A DNA stretch of 62,948 nt, filler included, from Aduncisulcus paluster (taxonomy: Eukaryota), in NCBI GenBank assembly GCA_024181965.1. It is 39 parts of 39 records of this genome, joined end to end, with 100 filler letters (N's around TTAATTAATTAA, not from the genome) between each part and the next. Parts side by side here need not be neighbours in the genome. Positions count along the whole stretch, not along the records: positions 12,225 to 13,841 come from BQXS01001892.1; positions 13,942 to 15,898 come from BQXS01001893.1; positions 15,999 to 18,006 come from BQXS01001894.1; positions 18,107 to 19,290 come from BQXS01001896.1; positions 19,391 to 21,098 come from BQXS01001897.1; positions 21,199 to 22,613 come from BQXS01001898.1; positions 22,714 to 26,197 come from BQXS01001899.1; 32 more parts are not named here. The stretch is one strand, 5' to 3'. The notes below the pieces were generated by a model. The model made no database searches, was not told the origin of the DNA, and was given only the letters and a program-made list of their open reading frames with translations. The position numbers and the translations under genes were made by a program. This document shows positions 12,380 to 23,274 of the stretch, in pieces (the first letter of the stretch is position 1; every line of letters begins with the position of its first letter).

Positions 12380-13260
12380 ATGAGTTCTATTTGTGTTATA
12401 GGTGCTGGAAAATGGGGACAAGCATTACATTATGCTTTAAACCAAAGCACAGCTTCTTCAGAAAAGCAAAAATGTCTTATCACAAGTAGAACAAAAAAAG
12501 ATATTGAAAATTTTGTATCTTTAGAAGAAGCTCTTTCGTGTGAATATTTAGTTATAGCTATACCATCTCAAAGTATAAGAGAGTGGTTAACTCAAAACTT
12601 TAAATACAATGGACAAAAAGTACTTGTAGCAGCAAAAGGGATAGAAGCTAATACAGGTGCTTTTTTACAAGATATCTATGAAGAGTTTGTTCCTCAAAAA
12701 AACCTAGGGTTTATCTCTGGTCCTTCATTTGCAAGTGAAGTTATAAAAGGGCTACCAACAGCTTTAGTTCTTAACTCTAGTTCAAAAAGTTTTTATGATC
12801 AATTTTATAGTTTTTTCCCAAATTTTATTAAAACATACTATAGCAATGATGTTATAGGAGCTGAAATATCTGGTGCATATAAAAATGTTTTAGCAATAGC
12901 TAGTGGAATATGTAAAGGTTTAAACTTAGGACAGAATGCACAAGCAAGTCTTATATCTCGTGGACTTGTAGAGATGGATAGATTCGGACAGTATTATGGG
13001 GCAAATAAAGATACATTTATAGGGCTTAGTGGTGCTGGGGATCTTTTTTTAACAGCTTCTAGTACGCTAAGTAGAAATTTTAGAGTAGGGTTAGGATTAG
13101 CTTCAAATAAATCATTAGAAGATATACTTGAAGAGTTAGGAGAAGTCGCTGAAGGTGTTATGACATCACGAGCGATCTCTAAACTTTCTGTAGAAAATAA
13201 TATATATACACCAATTGCAAATGAGGTAAAATTGATTTTAGAGGGAAAAAACCCTCAAGA
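12380..13260 (+). CDS. gpsA: NAD(P)H-dependent glycerol-3-phosphate dehydrogenase
   Basis: GAGKWG Rossmann motif, SGPSFA, KNVLAIA, GDLFLTASSTLSRNF. Confidence 0.95.
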
Positions 13261-13280
13261 NNNNNNNNNNNNNNNNNNNN

Positions 13281-13709
13281 ATTCATTGTAAATGCATTCA
13301 TCGATCGTTGTGTATTATCTTCCTCAAGCTCTTGCTCTTCAAAATATTTTTCTACTGTTGCTGTCGGATTTAAGAACAAAATAGACTCATCAATAACTAT
13401 TTGAAAAATTGCATAGAGTGGAATTGTAACATGTGAACCAAAATTTTCACTTCCAAAACCTGCTTCAAATGTGATTGTTTTTTCTGTTAAGATTATTGAT
13501 TCATAAGTATAATTTGAAAGTGTAAAAAGTGTAAAATGTGAAAAGTTTTTACTAATTGATTCAGGCATCTCTGGTTCAAAAGTTACACCATTGATATTTG
13601 CTGTGATTGAGAACTCTTCATCTTTATTGATTAAGTACTCTATTACTTCAAATATTTGACTTTCTAGCATGTCTCTATAATTTATATCTTCTACTATATT
13701 AAATATCAT
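13281..13709 (-). CDS. Hypothetical protein (Campylobacterota type)
   Basis: ORF with RBS; 'TLFTLSNYTYES...FEAGFGSENFGS'. Confidence 0.7.
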
Positions 13710-13712
13710 TTA

Positions 13713-13841
13713 TTATCCTTTTTTACATACAAATATGTATTTATCAAACTCTTCATCTGTGTGGAGATTGAAATTAATTATATTTTCTACTTCAAAACCT
13801 ATAGTTTGTAATAATGATGACAACTCATCCTTTTTATAGCA
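13713..13841 (-). CDS. C-terminus of probable SAM-dependent methyltransferase
   Basis: Hand translation YKKDELSSLLQTIGFEVENI...KYIFVCKKG. Confidence 0.45.
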   Translation of the reverse strand, partial: CYKKDELSSLLQTIGFEVENIINFNLHTDEEFDKYIFVCKKG

Positions 13842-13941
13842 NNNNNNNNNNNNNNNNNNNNNNNNNNNNNNNNNNNNNNNNNNNNTTAATTAATTAANNN
13901 NNNNNNNNNNNNNNNNNNNNNNNNNNNNNNNNNNNNNNNNN

Positions 13942-14361
13942 TACCGATACACTATTGGCAATATTCAAACTTCGTGCATCATTTGTCATAGGTATATTTA
14001 CACAAAATTCTTTATTATTCTCAAGTAGTTCTTGAGGAAGTCCTGCATCTTCTCGACCAAAGAAAAAATAGTCATTTGCATTATAAATAGCATCAAAGTA
14101 TGGTTTTGTTGTTTTTGTTGTAGCATAAAAACATCTAATATTCTCAGGATTTTTTTCTTTAAAATCTTCTATATTTTCATACTCTCGTACATCTAAAAAT
14201 TCCCAATAATCAAGCCCTGCTCTTCTTACTTGTTTTTCATTTATCTCACCAAAACCATAAGGTTTGATAAGATGCAAAACTGAACCTGTTGCATAGGCAA
14301 GTCGTCCTATAGTTCCAACATTTCCAGGCATTCTTGGTTCTAATAAAACTATATTAAACAC
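13942..14361 (-). CDS. trmL: tRNA (cytidine(34)-2'-O)-methyltransferase, partial
   Basis: NVGTIGR, RRAGLDYW, FGREDAGLP, RSLNIANSV SPOUT motifs. Confidence 0.92.
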
Positions 14362-15172
14362 TATAAGATTACCGTTTTATTTCCATAAATGAAAACTTTA
14401 TCTTTTAGTACTAAATCTAGTGCTTTAGATAAAACTACTTTTTCAACATTTCTTCCTGCATCTCTCATATCTTCCCAAGAATAGCTGTGATCAACTATTG
14501 TGATATCTTGTGCAATAATTGGACCTTCGTCTAAATCATCCGTAACCCAATGCGATGTAGCACCAATAATTTTAACACCTCTTGAGTGTGCTTGTTTATA
14601 GGGGTTTGCTCCAATAAATGCAGGTAAAAATGAGTGATGTATATTCAAAACTTGGGCAGGAAAAGTTTGCACAAAATTTGGTGTAAGTATTCGCATATAT
14701 TTTGCTAAAACTATTAACTCATAATTATATTTTTTGATTGCTTCAATAATAAATACTTCGTGTTCTTCTCTTGATAAATTTTCATGAGAGATAAACTCAA
14801 AAGGTATATTAAATTTTTCAACCAAACTTCTTAAACTTTCCCTATTTGATACAACAGCTGTAATATTTGCATCTAACTCACCAGCTTCATGTTTAATAAG
14901 TAGATCACCTAAACAATGCATCTCCTTTGTTGCTAAAATAACAATGTCTTTTTTAACTTTATTTGTTAATTTAATACTAGCATTATCAGGTAACATCTCT
15001 TTTAGTTCTTGTAATAATATTGTTTCATTAAATTCGCCTGATATCACTGATCTCATAAAAAACTGGTTTGTTTCATCATCTACATATTCTGAGTTGGAAT
15101 CAATATTTAAGTTATGTTCAAAAAGTATTTTAGATATATTATACACTAACCCTTTTGTATCATTGGTTTCTA
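14361..15172 (-). CDS. purU: Formyltetrahydrofolate deformylase
   Basis: LAKYMRIL, NIHHSFLPAFIGANPYKQA, DLDEGPII. Confidence 0.95.
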
Positions 15173-15286
15173 NNNNNNNNNNNNNNNNNNNNNNNNNNNN
15201 NNNNNNNNNNNNNNNTTCTCCTACAGTTTTGTAATTCTTATTTTAAAAAATTGATAATATCACAAATTTAGTTTAAATAGTATAAA

Positions 15287-15898
15287 ATGTTACTTATGAT
15301 TAGAAGCTTAATATTAATACTTTTTTTATATAAAATGGGGACTGCAAATACCATAAATATTGAACAACTTCAAGCAAAATTTAATCAAGAAGTGATTGAA
15401 CTCAATGCATTTACTAAAAGGTATGGTTCATATCTTAGAAAAAACTGTAATGATAATTTACCTTGTTATAAAAAAACTATTAACACACTTAAATCATGGG
15501 AAACAGTTCAAAATGATATAAAACTCAATTCTATTTTACACAGAAAAAATACACTTTTAAAGCCAGATAATGAATATTGGAATAATATTGTAAATAGACT
15601 CAAAAATAAAAAGATACAACTCAACAATACACAATTTGTGAGTATTATAGACTTAGAAAAACAACTCTACATTGTAACTCTTTGGGATGAAGAAACACAG
15701 CAATTTCAATATATAGGAAATGATTTGATTTCTAGTGGTAATATTTATAGAGAAAAAGAGGTAAGGTTTGGAGAAGATCACTACTTAAAAACTCCTGCTG
15801 GAGTATTTCGAAGTAAACAAGGTTGGCGTTCAGATGGGAGAAGAAGTGATGATAATATCACTTTAGGTTATGGATATAAAGATAGATTTGTGTTTTAT
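15287..15898 (+). CDS. Secreted L,D-transpeptidase (YkuD)-like protein, partial
   Basis: Signal-like N-terminus; 'IIDLEKQ...ISSG...TPAGVF'; catalytic motif lies beyond the contig end. Confidence 0.55.
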
Positions 15899-15998
15899 NN
15901 NNNNNNNNNNNNNNNNNNNNNNNNNNNNNNNNNNNNNNNNNNTTAATTAATTAANNNNNNNNNNNNNNNNNNNNNNNNNNNNNNNNNNNNNNNNNNNN

Positions 15999-16063
15999 TA
16001 CGAACCAAACTTTTTTGCAAAATCTGATGAGGGTATAAGTTCATTTGTTGAATATGACACCAT
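15999..16063 (-). CDS. N-terminus of probable Phd/YefM-like antitoxin
   Basis: MVSYSTNELIPSSDFAKKFGS with AAGGA RBS; resembles the Phd N-terminal pattern; only 21 codons visible. Confidence 0.5.
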
Positions 16064-16082
16064 TTAAAATCCTTAATATATA

Positions 16083-16109
16083 CCGTAATATTTTACGGAA
16101 ATTATATCA
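16083..16109 (-). promoter_or_regulatory. Extended -10 (TGATATAAT) followed by inverted-repeat operator CCGTAA-N4-TTACGG
   Basis: Minus strand reads ATGATATAAT-TT-CCGTAA-AATA-TTACGG, upstream of the putative antitoxin. Confidence 0.6.
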
Positions 16110-16150
16110 TAAAAAAGTTTTTTTGTAAAATAAATTATCTAAAGGTATTT

Positions 16151-16909
16151 TTATATCCTTAGTTGTCTAGTCTTATACTGTAAAATAGCACCATTATCAT
16201 CTGCTATATAAATATGTCCATCATTATCAAAACAAATACCCTCTTGGGCTGATTTGTCTAGTTTTATTTTTTTGATAGTTTTATTTTTTTTGATATCGTA
16301 TTTTATCAGTAAGTTTTTTTTGTCACTTGTCATATACAAGTATCCATCGTGAAAAGTCATACCAGCTATGTCGATATAGCCATGGTTATAAACCTCTTTT
16401 ATTTTTGTTTTTTTCTTTTTTAGTGAGCCTACTTTTAAGATTACGCTAGCATTCTCTTTGAGCTTTTTATCATATGTGATTTTTGATTGGTTTGATACAT
16501 AGATATCTCCGTTTTCATCTATAGCGATAGCTTCTAGTCCTGTTTTTTTAGACTTTTTGAGTATCTCTACACCATCAAATTTTCTTTTGATTTTTACTTC
16601 ACGCTCTAATTCTAAACTTGCTCGATTTAAGATAAGAATAGATTCTTTTCCCTCAACTGCAACTAAAAGCTTATCATTTTTTATATCGTATGTGATACCC
16701 TCTAAGTCATACTTTCCTAAAAAAAACTTTCTTTTGATATCACCTTTTGGGGTGAGTTTATATATCCAGCCTTCATCGTTTACAACTATAAGCATATCTG
16801 TTTTTGCTATATATACGATACCTGAAGCTTCTGGAATTTTTGCTATTGTTTTAGCGTTTAGGTTTAGACTAGAAATTAGAAATAGTGTGAATAATATTTT
16901 TTGGATCAT
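16151..16909 (-). CDS. SdiA-regulated (YjiK-like) secreted beta-propeller protein
   Basis: Signal peptide; 'PEASGI', 'DLEGIT', 'GLEAIA', 'QEGICFD' repeats. Confidence 0.75.
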   Translation of the reverse strand: MIQKILFTLFLISSLNLNAKTIAKIPEASGIVYIAKTDMLIVVNDEGWIYKLTPKGDIKRKFFLGKYDLEGITYDIKNDKLLVAVEGKESILILNRASLELEREVKIKRKFDGVEILKKSKKTGLEAIAIDENGDIYVSNQSKITYDKKLKENASVILKVGSLKKKKTKIKEVYNHGYIDIAGMTFHDGYLYMTSDKKNLLIKYDIKKNKTIKKIKLDKSAQEGICFDNDGHIYIADDNGAILQYKTRQLRI

Positions 16910-16992
16910 TGTGTGTACTTTCTATAATAAATTTAGTCAAATTATATCTAAATAATTTTATAGAAAGTAACTATTTTTATAAAAAAGTTATT

Positions 16993-18006
16993 TTAGATTT
17001 GAAAGTTTCTTTTCGCTTCTTCCTCTTTTTTATCATTCCATTCAAAGATGAAACACATAGGAAGTTGGTCTCTTTTTCCTAAATACTTAGCTGTAATAAA
17101 AGCAGAAATCATAATAGACAATATAGCCACAACTGAAGCAACAGCCAATGATGAAACACCACTTAACCCTTGTCCAACAGTACATCCAATAGCTAAAACT
17201 CCACCAACACCCATTAAAGCACCACCTATCATATTGTATTNNNNNNNNNNNNNNNNNNNNNNNNNNNNNNNNNNNNNNNNNNNNNNNNNNNNNNNNNNNN
17301 NNNNNNNNNNNNNNNNNNNNNNNNATTTTACTATGTTGTAAGTTTGCTGTACACCCAAAACTGTATTTTTTGTTAAATTTTGACATAATAAAAGCACCAC
17401 TTAAAACTCCAAGGATAATGCTTACTCCAAATGACAATTCAGTCACTTGATAATAAGTAAAAAACTCTAAAGTTTGTGCTGTAGGATACACAAAACTCAT
17501 ACTAGCAACTGCAATCTCTTTTTCCATACTATCAGCACCAACAACACCTGTGATATACCAACCTATAGCTACTAAAAGTCCAACGACAACCCCATCTCTT
17601 AAAGATAAAATTCTTTTGAAACTTTTTGTTAAAATCCATAAAAAAATAGCAAGTGGTATTAGCACTACAAATATATTTAGTTGTTCATTTGAAAGGTTTG
17701 CTGATACAGATAAAAGTGTTTCATTTTTTGTAAATATACTTATATATTCACTCAAAAAACCTCTTGTTGTAGCATACGCAAAAATTCCTATGAAAATAAG
17801 AGTCACTAATGAATATGGATCACCTTGAGCGAACTTTACAAGATGTCTACTACTACACCCATCTGCTATCATCATCCCTATTCCAAATAACGCACCACCT
17901 ATAATAATCGTAAAATAATTTATATCATCTTTAAAATAGTTTGATTGTGTTAGGTCTATCTCATTTATGTTTGCAACAAAATATGTAGAAACTATTGCTA
18001 CAATTA
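16993..18006 (-). CDS. YeeE/YedE-family sulfur-compound (thiosulfate) transporter, partial
   Basis: 'GMMIADGCSSRHL' and 'GGALMGVGGVLAIGCTVGQG'. Confidence 0.88.
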
Positions 18007-18106
18007 NNNNNNNNNNNNNNNNNNNNNNNNNNNNNNNNNNNNNNNNNNNNTTAATTAATTAANNNNNNNNNNNNNNNNNNNNNNNNNNNNNNNNNNNNNN
18101 NNNNNN

Positions 18107-18446
18107 AACAGGCTTAGAACCTGTAACTATCTCTATTGTGTTACTTGTTTTATTTTTCTTATTTCATTATTTATTTGCTAGTGTAACTGCTCATGTTGTA
18201 GCATTGTTACCTCTATTTTTGGGAATAGCTGTAAATTTATTACCAATAGATATGATACAGCCTTTAGCTTTATTGCTTGTTGGTTCATTAGGTTTAATGG
18301 GAATCATTACCCCGTATGCAACAGGACCATCACCAATTTGGTATGGAGCTGGTTATATTACTCAAGCAACATGGTGGAAGTTAGGATTTATTTTTGGAAT
18401 GATATATTTAGGATCACTTGTATTATTAGGGTTTATAATTTTATAA
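18107..18446 (+). CDS. DASS-family anion permease, C-terminus
   Basis: 'HYLFASVTAH', 'GIITPYATGPSPIWYGAGY', 'WWKLG'. Confidence 0.88.
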
Positions 18447-18462
18447 AATTGTTTCTTTAACG

Positions 18463-18498
18463 AAAAAATGGTGTCAATTATTTGACACCATTTTTTTT
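18463..18498. terminator. Bidirectional intrinsic terminator
   Basis: AAAAAATGGTGTCAA-TTAT-TTGACACCATTTTTTTT between convergent genes. Confidence 0.85.
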
Positions 18499-18520
18499 AA
18501 ATTTTGAATATCTATTGTAG

Positions 18521-19156
18521 TTATTTGTTTTTTTGAAGAATAATAGTTCCCGTTTTACTATCTATAGTTTCTGTATAATTTATCATCTCATCATTGAGGT
18601 TAATAACAACACGGAAAAAATTCTTTTCTCTATGTGTTCCCACTGCGAATGATTCGTAATCTTCACTTACTATATCTTTTCTAATTGTATAGAAGCTTAC
18701 ATTCCCTCTAAAATCAAATAAAAACTTTTTTGATGGTTTGAGTATATCTTGATTTAATAATGGGTATTTAGGGTCTACTTTAAGTGTTAATATATCATTT
18801 TCAATTTGTATTTTTACAAATGGTAAAACTTTAAAATTTTCTACAATTGAAGGGATATACGGTGTTTGCTGTTTTGTAGTTTCTACTTGCTTTTGATTAT
18901 TTTCTACTGTTGTTTCTTGCTTTTTTTGTTTCATCATTTTTTCAGCAATTATCATTTCAGCCATTTTTTGTTCTTCAAGTTCACGAGCAATTTTATCTTT
19001 TTGAGCTTGCTCTTTTTTTTGTTTGGCTTGTTCATTTGCATTGATGATACTACTTTTTTGTTCTAAAAATTGATCTGTTGGTTCAAAAGGATTTTCTCTT
19101 GCAAACAAAGATAAACTAAGTGATATACTGAGTATAGATAGTGACATAAGTTTCAT
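18521..19156 (-). CDS. AMIN-domain protein
   Basis: Signal peptide then 'ARENPF'; 'KFLFDF', 'VGTH...FFRVVI'. Confidence 0.75.
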   Translation of the reverse strand: MKLMSLSILSISLSLSLFARENPFEPTDQFLEQKSSIINANEQAKQKKEQAQKDKIARELEEQKMAEMIIAEKMMKQKKQETTVENNQKQVETTKQQTPYIPSIVENFKVLPFVKIQIENDILTLKVDPKYPLLNQDILKPSKKFLFDFRGNVSFYTIRKDIVSEDYESFAVGTHREKNFFRVVINLNDEMINYTETIDSKTGTIILQKNK

Positions 19157-19290
19157 AATTCTTCAGGCTCCAAATTTTTTAATTCAAAATATTTTTTTTG
19201 TAATGTTGCATTTTCAATCTGCAACTGATGAATGTCATGTTGTAATTTGACTTTTTTATCTTTTAGATGAGAGTATACCTCGTAAGAGTT
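19153..19290 (-). CDS. FtsB/septum-formation-initiator-like protein, C-terminus
   Basis: Coiled coil 'LQHDIHQLQIENATLQKKYFELKNLEPEEL'; ATGA overlap with the AMIN gene. Confidence 0.55.
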   Translation of the reverse strand, partial: NSYEVYSHLKDKKVKLQHDIHQLQIENATLQKKYFELKNLEPEEL

Positions 19291-19390
19291 NNNNNNNNNN
19301 NNNNNNNNNNNNNNNNNNNNNNNNNNNNNNNNNNTTAATTAATTAANNNNNNNNNNNNNNNNNNNNNNNNNNNNNNNNNNNNNNNNNNNN

Positions 19391-19545
19391 ATATTTGAAT
19401 GTATTTGATCCATTGAGTGTAATGTAGTATGATCAAATTTATATTTTTTAGCTAATGCTTTTCTTGCTAATTTAACTGAGTCAATATCATCTGTAACATG
19501 AAACGCAAGATTCTTATCCTCTATAGTTGTAAAAACTTTTAGCAT
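19391..19545 (-). CDS. PgeF/YfiH-family protein, N-terminus
   Basis: 'NLAFHV.DD...R...MDQIHSN'. Confidence 0.75.
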
Positions 19546-19553
19546 AGATCTTC

Positions 19554-20495
19554 TTAAGTTAAAAGGTCTTGAATTTGTACATAACTATTTAAAATAGGAT
19601 CATTGATGTAATAAACATCATCAGTATCTTGTGCTATAAAAACTCTCTCTTTCCATTCTACTAAATCTTGAATAACTGTTAAAACTAATTTAGAGATCAT
19701 AGTAAAGCTTTCAAGTTTATCGAATTCTATCTCTCGCAAAAGTATTACAATAGAGTAAACAACTTTACTTAACTCTTCAAACTCTGTAAAAATATATAAA
19801 AATTTATTGTATGTTTCTAATATATTTATAATATCTGGTAAAGCTGCTTCAAAATCATCATCCATAAGTATACTCATCATTAGTTTATCAAGTGAAAGTT
19901 CTAAATCATTTAAATCCTCTACATCATAACCCCACTCATCGTATAATTCTGTAAACTCGTGTGCTGCATGTTTTATGTGTCTTTTTTGATAACTACTAAC
20001 AAGTTCTAGATCTTCTTCTTTGATTGCATTGAGGTTTTCAAATTTTTCTGTAGGGTGTTGAATATCTTCGATGTTAATAAAACTTTCAATTCTATTAATC
20101 TCTTTTGTATAATAGTTTCGTGAAAAATATTTTTTGAGTACAGTCTCAATCTCTTTATTGTCGTAAGGTTTATAAATATATCGGTAGACTTTATATTTAA
20201 GGGCTTTAAAACGATATGTATGATCATCTAAAACTGTCACTCCTACAATTTTTGATTGTCTTGTAGGCTGTTGCTTAATATATTTTAAAAGTTTAATACC
20301 ATCATAAAATTTTGAAGAGATATCTAAAAAGATTATATCAATATTGTGAGTATTGATTATATCTAAAGTATTCTGAGGCGTTTGAGCAACAAAAAACTCA
20401 AATTCTTCCTCAATAGAATCAAAATAAACTTTAATATCTTGTTCAATAATTTTACTATTAAGTAAATTGGCATCAACGCTTAATATTCTTTTCAT
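19554..20495 (-). CDS. Response regulator (N-terminal receiver, acidic helical C-terminus)
   Basis: 'DIIFLDI', 'DGIKLL', 'YIYKP'. Confidence 0.8.
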   Translation of the reverse strand: MKRILSVDANLLNSKIIEQDIKVYFDSIEEEFEFFVAQTPQNTLDIINTHNIDIIFLDISSKFYDGIKLLKYIKQQPTRQSKIVGVTVLDDHTYRFKALKYKVYRYIYKPYDNKEIETVLKKYFSRNYYTKEINRIESFINIEDIQHPTEKFENLNAIKEEDLELVSSYQKRHIKHAAHEFTELYDEWGYDVEDLNDLELSLDKLMMSILMDDDFEAALPDIINILETYNKFLYIFTEFEELSKVVYSIVILLREIEFDKLESFTMISKLVLTVIQDLVEWKERVFIAQDTDDVYYINDPILNSYVQIQDLLT

Positions 20496-20507
20496 TTTTT
20501 CACTTTA

Positions 20508-21098
20508 TTATTTACTTTGAGCTATTAAAACATCTTCTATCATTTTATCTAGGTCACCATCTAAAATAGCATCTACATTACTATATCCGACATTACTTCT
20601 TGTATCTTTTATTTGTTGNNNNNNNNNNNNNNNNNNNNNNNNNNNNNNNNNNNNNNNNNNNNNNNNNNNNNNNNNNNNNNNNNNNNNNNNNNNNNNNNNN
20701 NNNNNNNNNNNNNNNNNNNNNNNNNNNNNNNNNNNNNNNNNNNNNNNNNNNNNNNNNNNNNNNNNNNNNNNNNNNNNNNNNNNNNNNNNNNNNNNNNNNN
20801 NNNNNNNNNNNNNNNNNNNNNNNNATCACATAAGAACGGATTTGATGACCCCATCCAATTTCACTTTTTGAGATACCTTGTTTTTCAGCTGCTTGCTTTT
20901 CAAGTTCAAGTTCGTATAGTCGAGACTTTAACATTTTCATTGCACTAGCTTTATTTTTATGTTGACTTCTGTCATTTTGACATTGTACAACGATATTGGT
21001 TTCTATATGTGTAATTCTAATAGCAGATTCTGTTTTGTTAACATGCTGACCACCAGCACCACTAGCTCTATATGTATCAATTCTGATATCTTTCTCTT
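20508..21098 (-). CDS. prfB: Peptide chain release factor 2, C-terminal part with gap
   Basis: [36 protein letters not shown]. Confidence 0.95.
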
Positions 21099-21198
21099 NN
21101 NNNNNNNNNNNNNNNNNNNNNNNNNNNNNNNNNNNNNNNNNNTTAATTAATTAANNNNNNNNNNNNNNNNNNNNNNNNNNNNNNNNNNNNNNNNNNNN

Positions 21199-21751
21199 CA
21201 TATAATTTTGTCAAATCTTCATCATATGAAAAAAATTCATTAAATCCATCAAGATAGCTATACGCAGTTTTATTAAAATTGTTCTCTATAAGTTTATCAA
21301 TAAAATCAAGTAAATCATCTTTTGAGGTGATAGCGACTTTTGTGCTAAACATTATATCCTGATAAGCTTCTTTAAATGATCCTCTATTTTCAACCAATTG
21401 CATAAAATCTTTATATTCAATCGCGTTCAATGTTTCAACATTAGTATTTGAAATATCTTGAAGAAGATTCATCATTTTACTATTATCACCATCATACGCA
21501 TTGATAACATCTTCAACATAAGCAACCGCTTCATCAAAGTTTTCGTCTTTGGCTACGATAAAATAATCAAATAATGTTTGTGCTTTTTCATCACTCTCAA
21601 ATCCTAAATCACAAAAAATACAATATAATTGATATTCTTTACTTGAAGGTTCAGTAGACAATACTTGAGAATACAAAAACAATGCTTTATCATACTCTTG
21701 TATATTAAAGTAAGAGTGTGCCTGTTTGATTAAACTGTCAATATCAATCAT
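21199..21751 (-). CDS. TPR-like hypothetical protein, partial
   Basis: Helical TPR-like N-terminus; 'FKEAYQDIMFSTKV'. Confidence 0.7.
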
Positions 21752-22025
21752 TCATTATCTCATCTTCCATCCCTGCAGGGACATTAACAATCTCTAATTC
21801 TGGGTGAATAGCAGCTTTTAACTCTTTTTCAACTATAAACTTTAAAGTACTTCCACTAGCAGCACATCCAACACAAGCACCCTGTAGCTGTACATATACT
21901 TTTGCATTTTTTATCTGTAATAGCTCTATTGCACCACCATCTTTTGCTAACATTGGTGCTATTTTTGTTGTGATGATATTACTCACAGGAGTTTGTAAAT
22001 CCTCATCTGTAAATGGCATACCCAT
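21744..22025 (-). CDS. NifU C-terminal/Nfu-type Fe-S scaffold protein
   Basis: 'PMLAKDGGAIEL...LQGACVGC'. Confidence 0.9.
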   Translation of the reverse strand: MGMPFTDEDLQTPVSNIITTKIAPMLAKDGGAIELLQIKNAKVYVQLQGACVGCAASGSTLKFIVEKELKAAIHPELEIVNVPAGMEDEIMND

Positions 22026-22026
22026 A

Positions 22027-22143
22027 TTAATTTTCCTTCATCTTTTTTGTTCTGTAATTTATTCCCAATATAGCAATTCCTGTCAAAGCAAGAATCACAC
22101 CTATTGTTTCAAATATAAAAGTTAAAGTAACTGGTTCAGACAT
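22027..22143 (-). CDS. Small single-TM protein (38 aa), absent from the ORF track
   Basis: MSEPVTLTFIFETIGVILALTGIAILGINYRTKKMKEN; fills the ileS-nfu gap with 0- and 1-nt spacing. Confidence 0.7.
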   Translation of the reverse strand: MSEPVTLTFIFETIGVILALTGIAILGINYRTKKMKEN

Positions 22144-22613
22144 TTAATTTACAACTTCATCACATCTTGAACATAAAGCATCTTCTTGTGATGATCTAAA
22201 TTTCCAACATCTTGGACATTTATGCTCATTTGCTTTATAAACTTCGAACTCTTTTCCATCAACTTCAAAAGTTCCTAAAGATTCACTTTGTTTTTCTAAA
22301 ACAATTTTCGAAACTACAAACCAGTCTTCAGCAACAGTTTTATCTAAAGCCAAGATATCTTCACTATTTGTATAAACAACTAATTCTAGCGTCGATTTAA
22401 TTACTTTTTCTTTATTTAGTTTATCTTTTATTTCTGCGAATTTACTTTTAGCATTTAATAAGTGTTCTTCATTAAGCTTCAGCTCAATTTCTGGTAACTT
22501 ATATTTAGGCATATCAAAAATAGACTCAGCACCATCAGTGATAACTTTTGGAGCATGTTGTACTAACTCGTTCATTGTGTATGTTAATACAGGCGCTAGT
22601 GTAGTTAAAAATG
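22144..22613 (-). CDS. ileS: Isoleucyl-tRNA synthetase, C-terminus
   Basis: Terminal zinc finger KCPRCW...LCSRC. Confidence 0.9.
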
Positions 22614-22713
22614 NNNNNNNNNNNNNNNNNNNNNNNNNNNNNNNNNNNNNNNNNNNNTTAATTAATTAANNNNNNNNNNNNNNNNNNNNNNNNNNNNNNN
22701 NNNNNNNNNNNNN

Positions 22714-23270
22714 AACGCCTGGGAGCGCCCTTGCAGTATGTCGATGGCCGGCTGACGACCGAACCCCATTGGAGCGCTATCGAGATCGCGCGAACACTCA
22801 GACCGTCACGCGCCATCGGGATACTTGACGCCGCCTTGCGGTCCGGGCACTGCTCACCCAATGGATTGGAGCACGCGATGCGGCTTCAGACCGGTCGCCG
22901 CGGAATTGTCCATGTACGCCATCTGCTGGCCTACGCGGACGGCAGGTCCGAATCACCCATGGAAAGTGAGACACGGCTCTTGTTCGTCGATGCCGGGATT
23001 CCGGTGCCCGAACTTCAAGCAACGATCTCTGACCGCTACGGAACGCGGTGGCGCGTCGACTTCCTGTGGCGCTCAGCTCGTCTCATCGGCGAATACGACA
23101 GCGACGAGTGGCACAGTGGTTCGGTAGCCATGCGACAAGACAAACTGAGAACGGCCCGCTTACAAGAATGCGGCTGGACCGTTCTCCCCATCACCGTGGA
23201 CGACGTTCGGCGTCGCCCACGCGAACTGATCGCGCGAATCAAGACCCATCTGCGTCACCAAGCCGCGTGA
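22714..23270 (+). CDS. DUF559/AbiEi-like endonuclease-fold protein (mycobacterial type), partial
   Basis: 'DGRSESPMES', 'RVDFLW', 'EYDSDEWH', 'LQECGWTV'. Confidence 0.75.
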
Positions 23271-23274
23271 GCGG

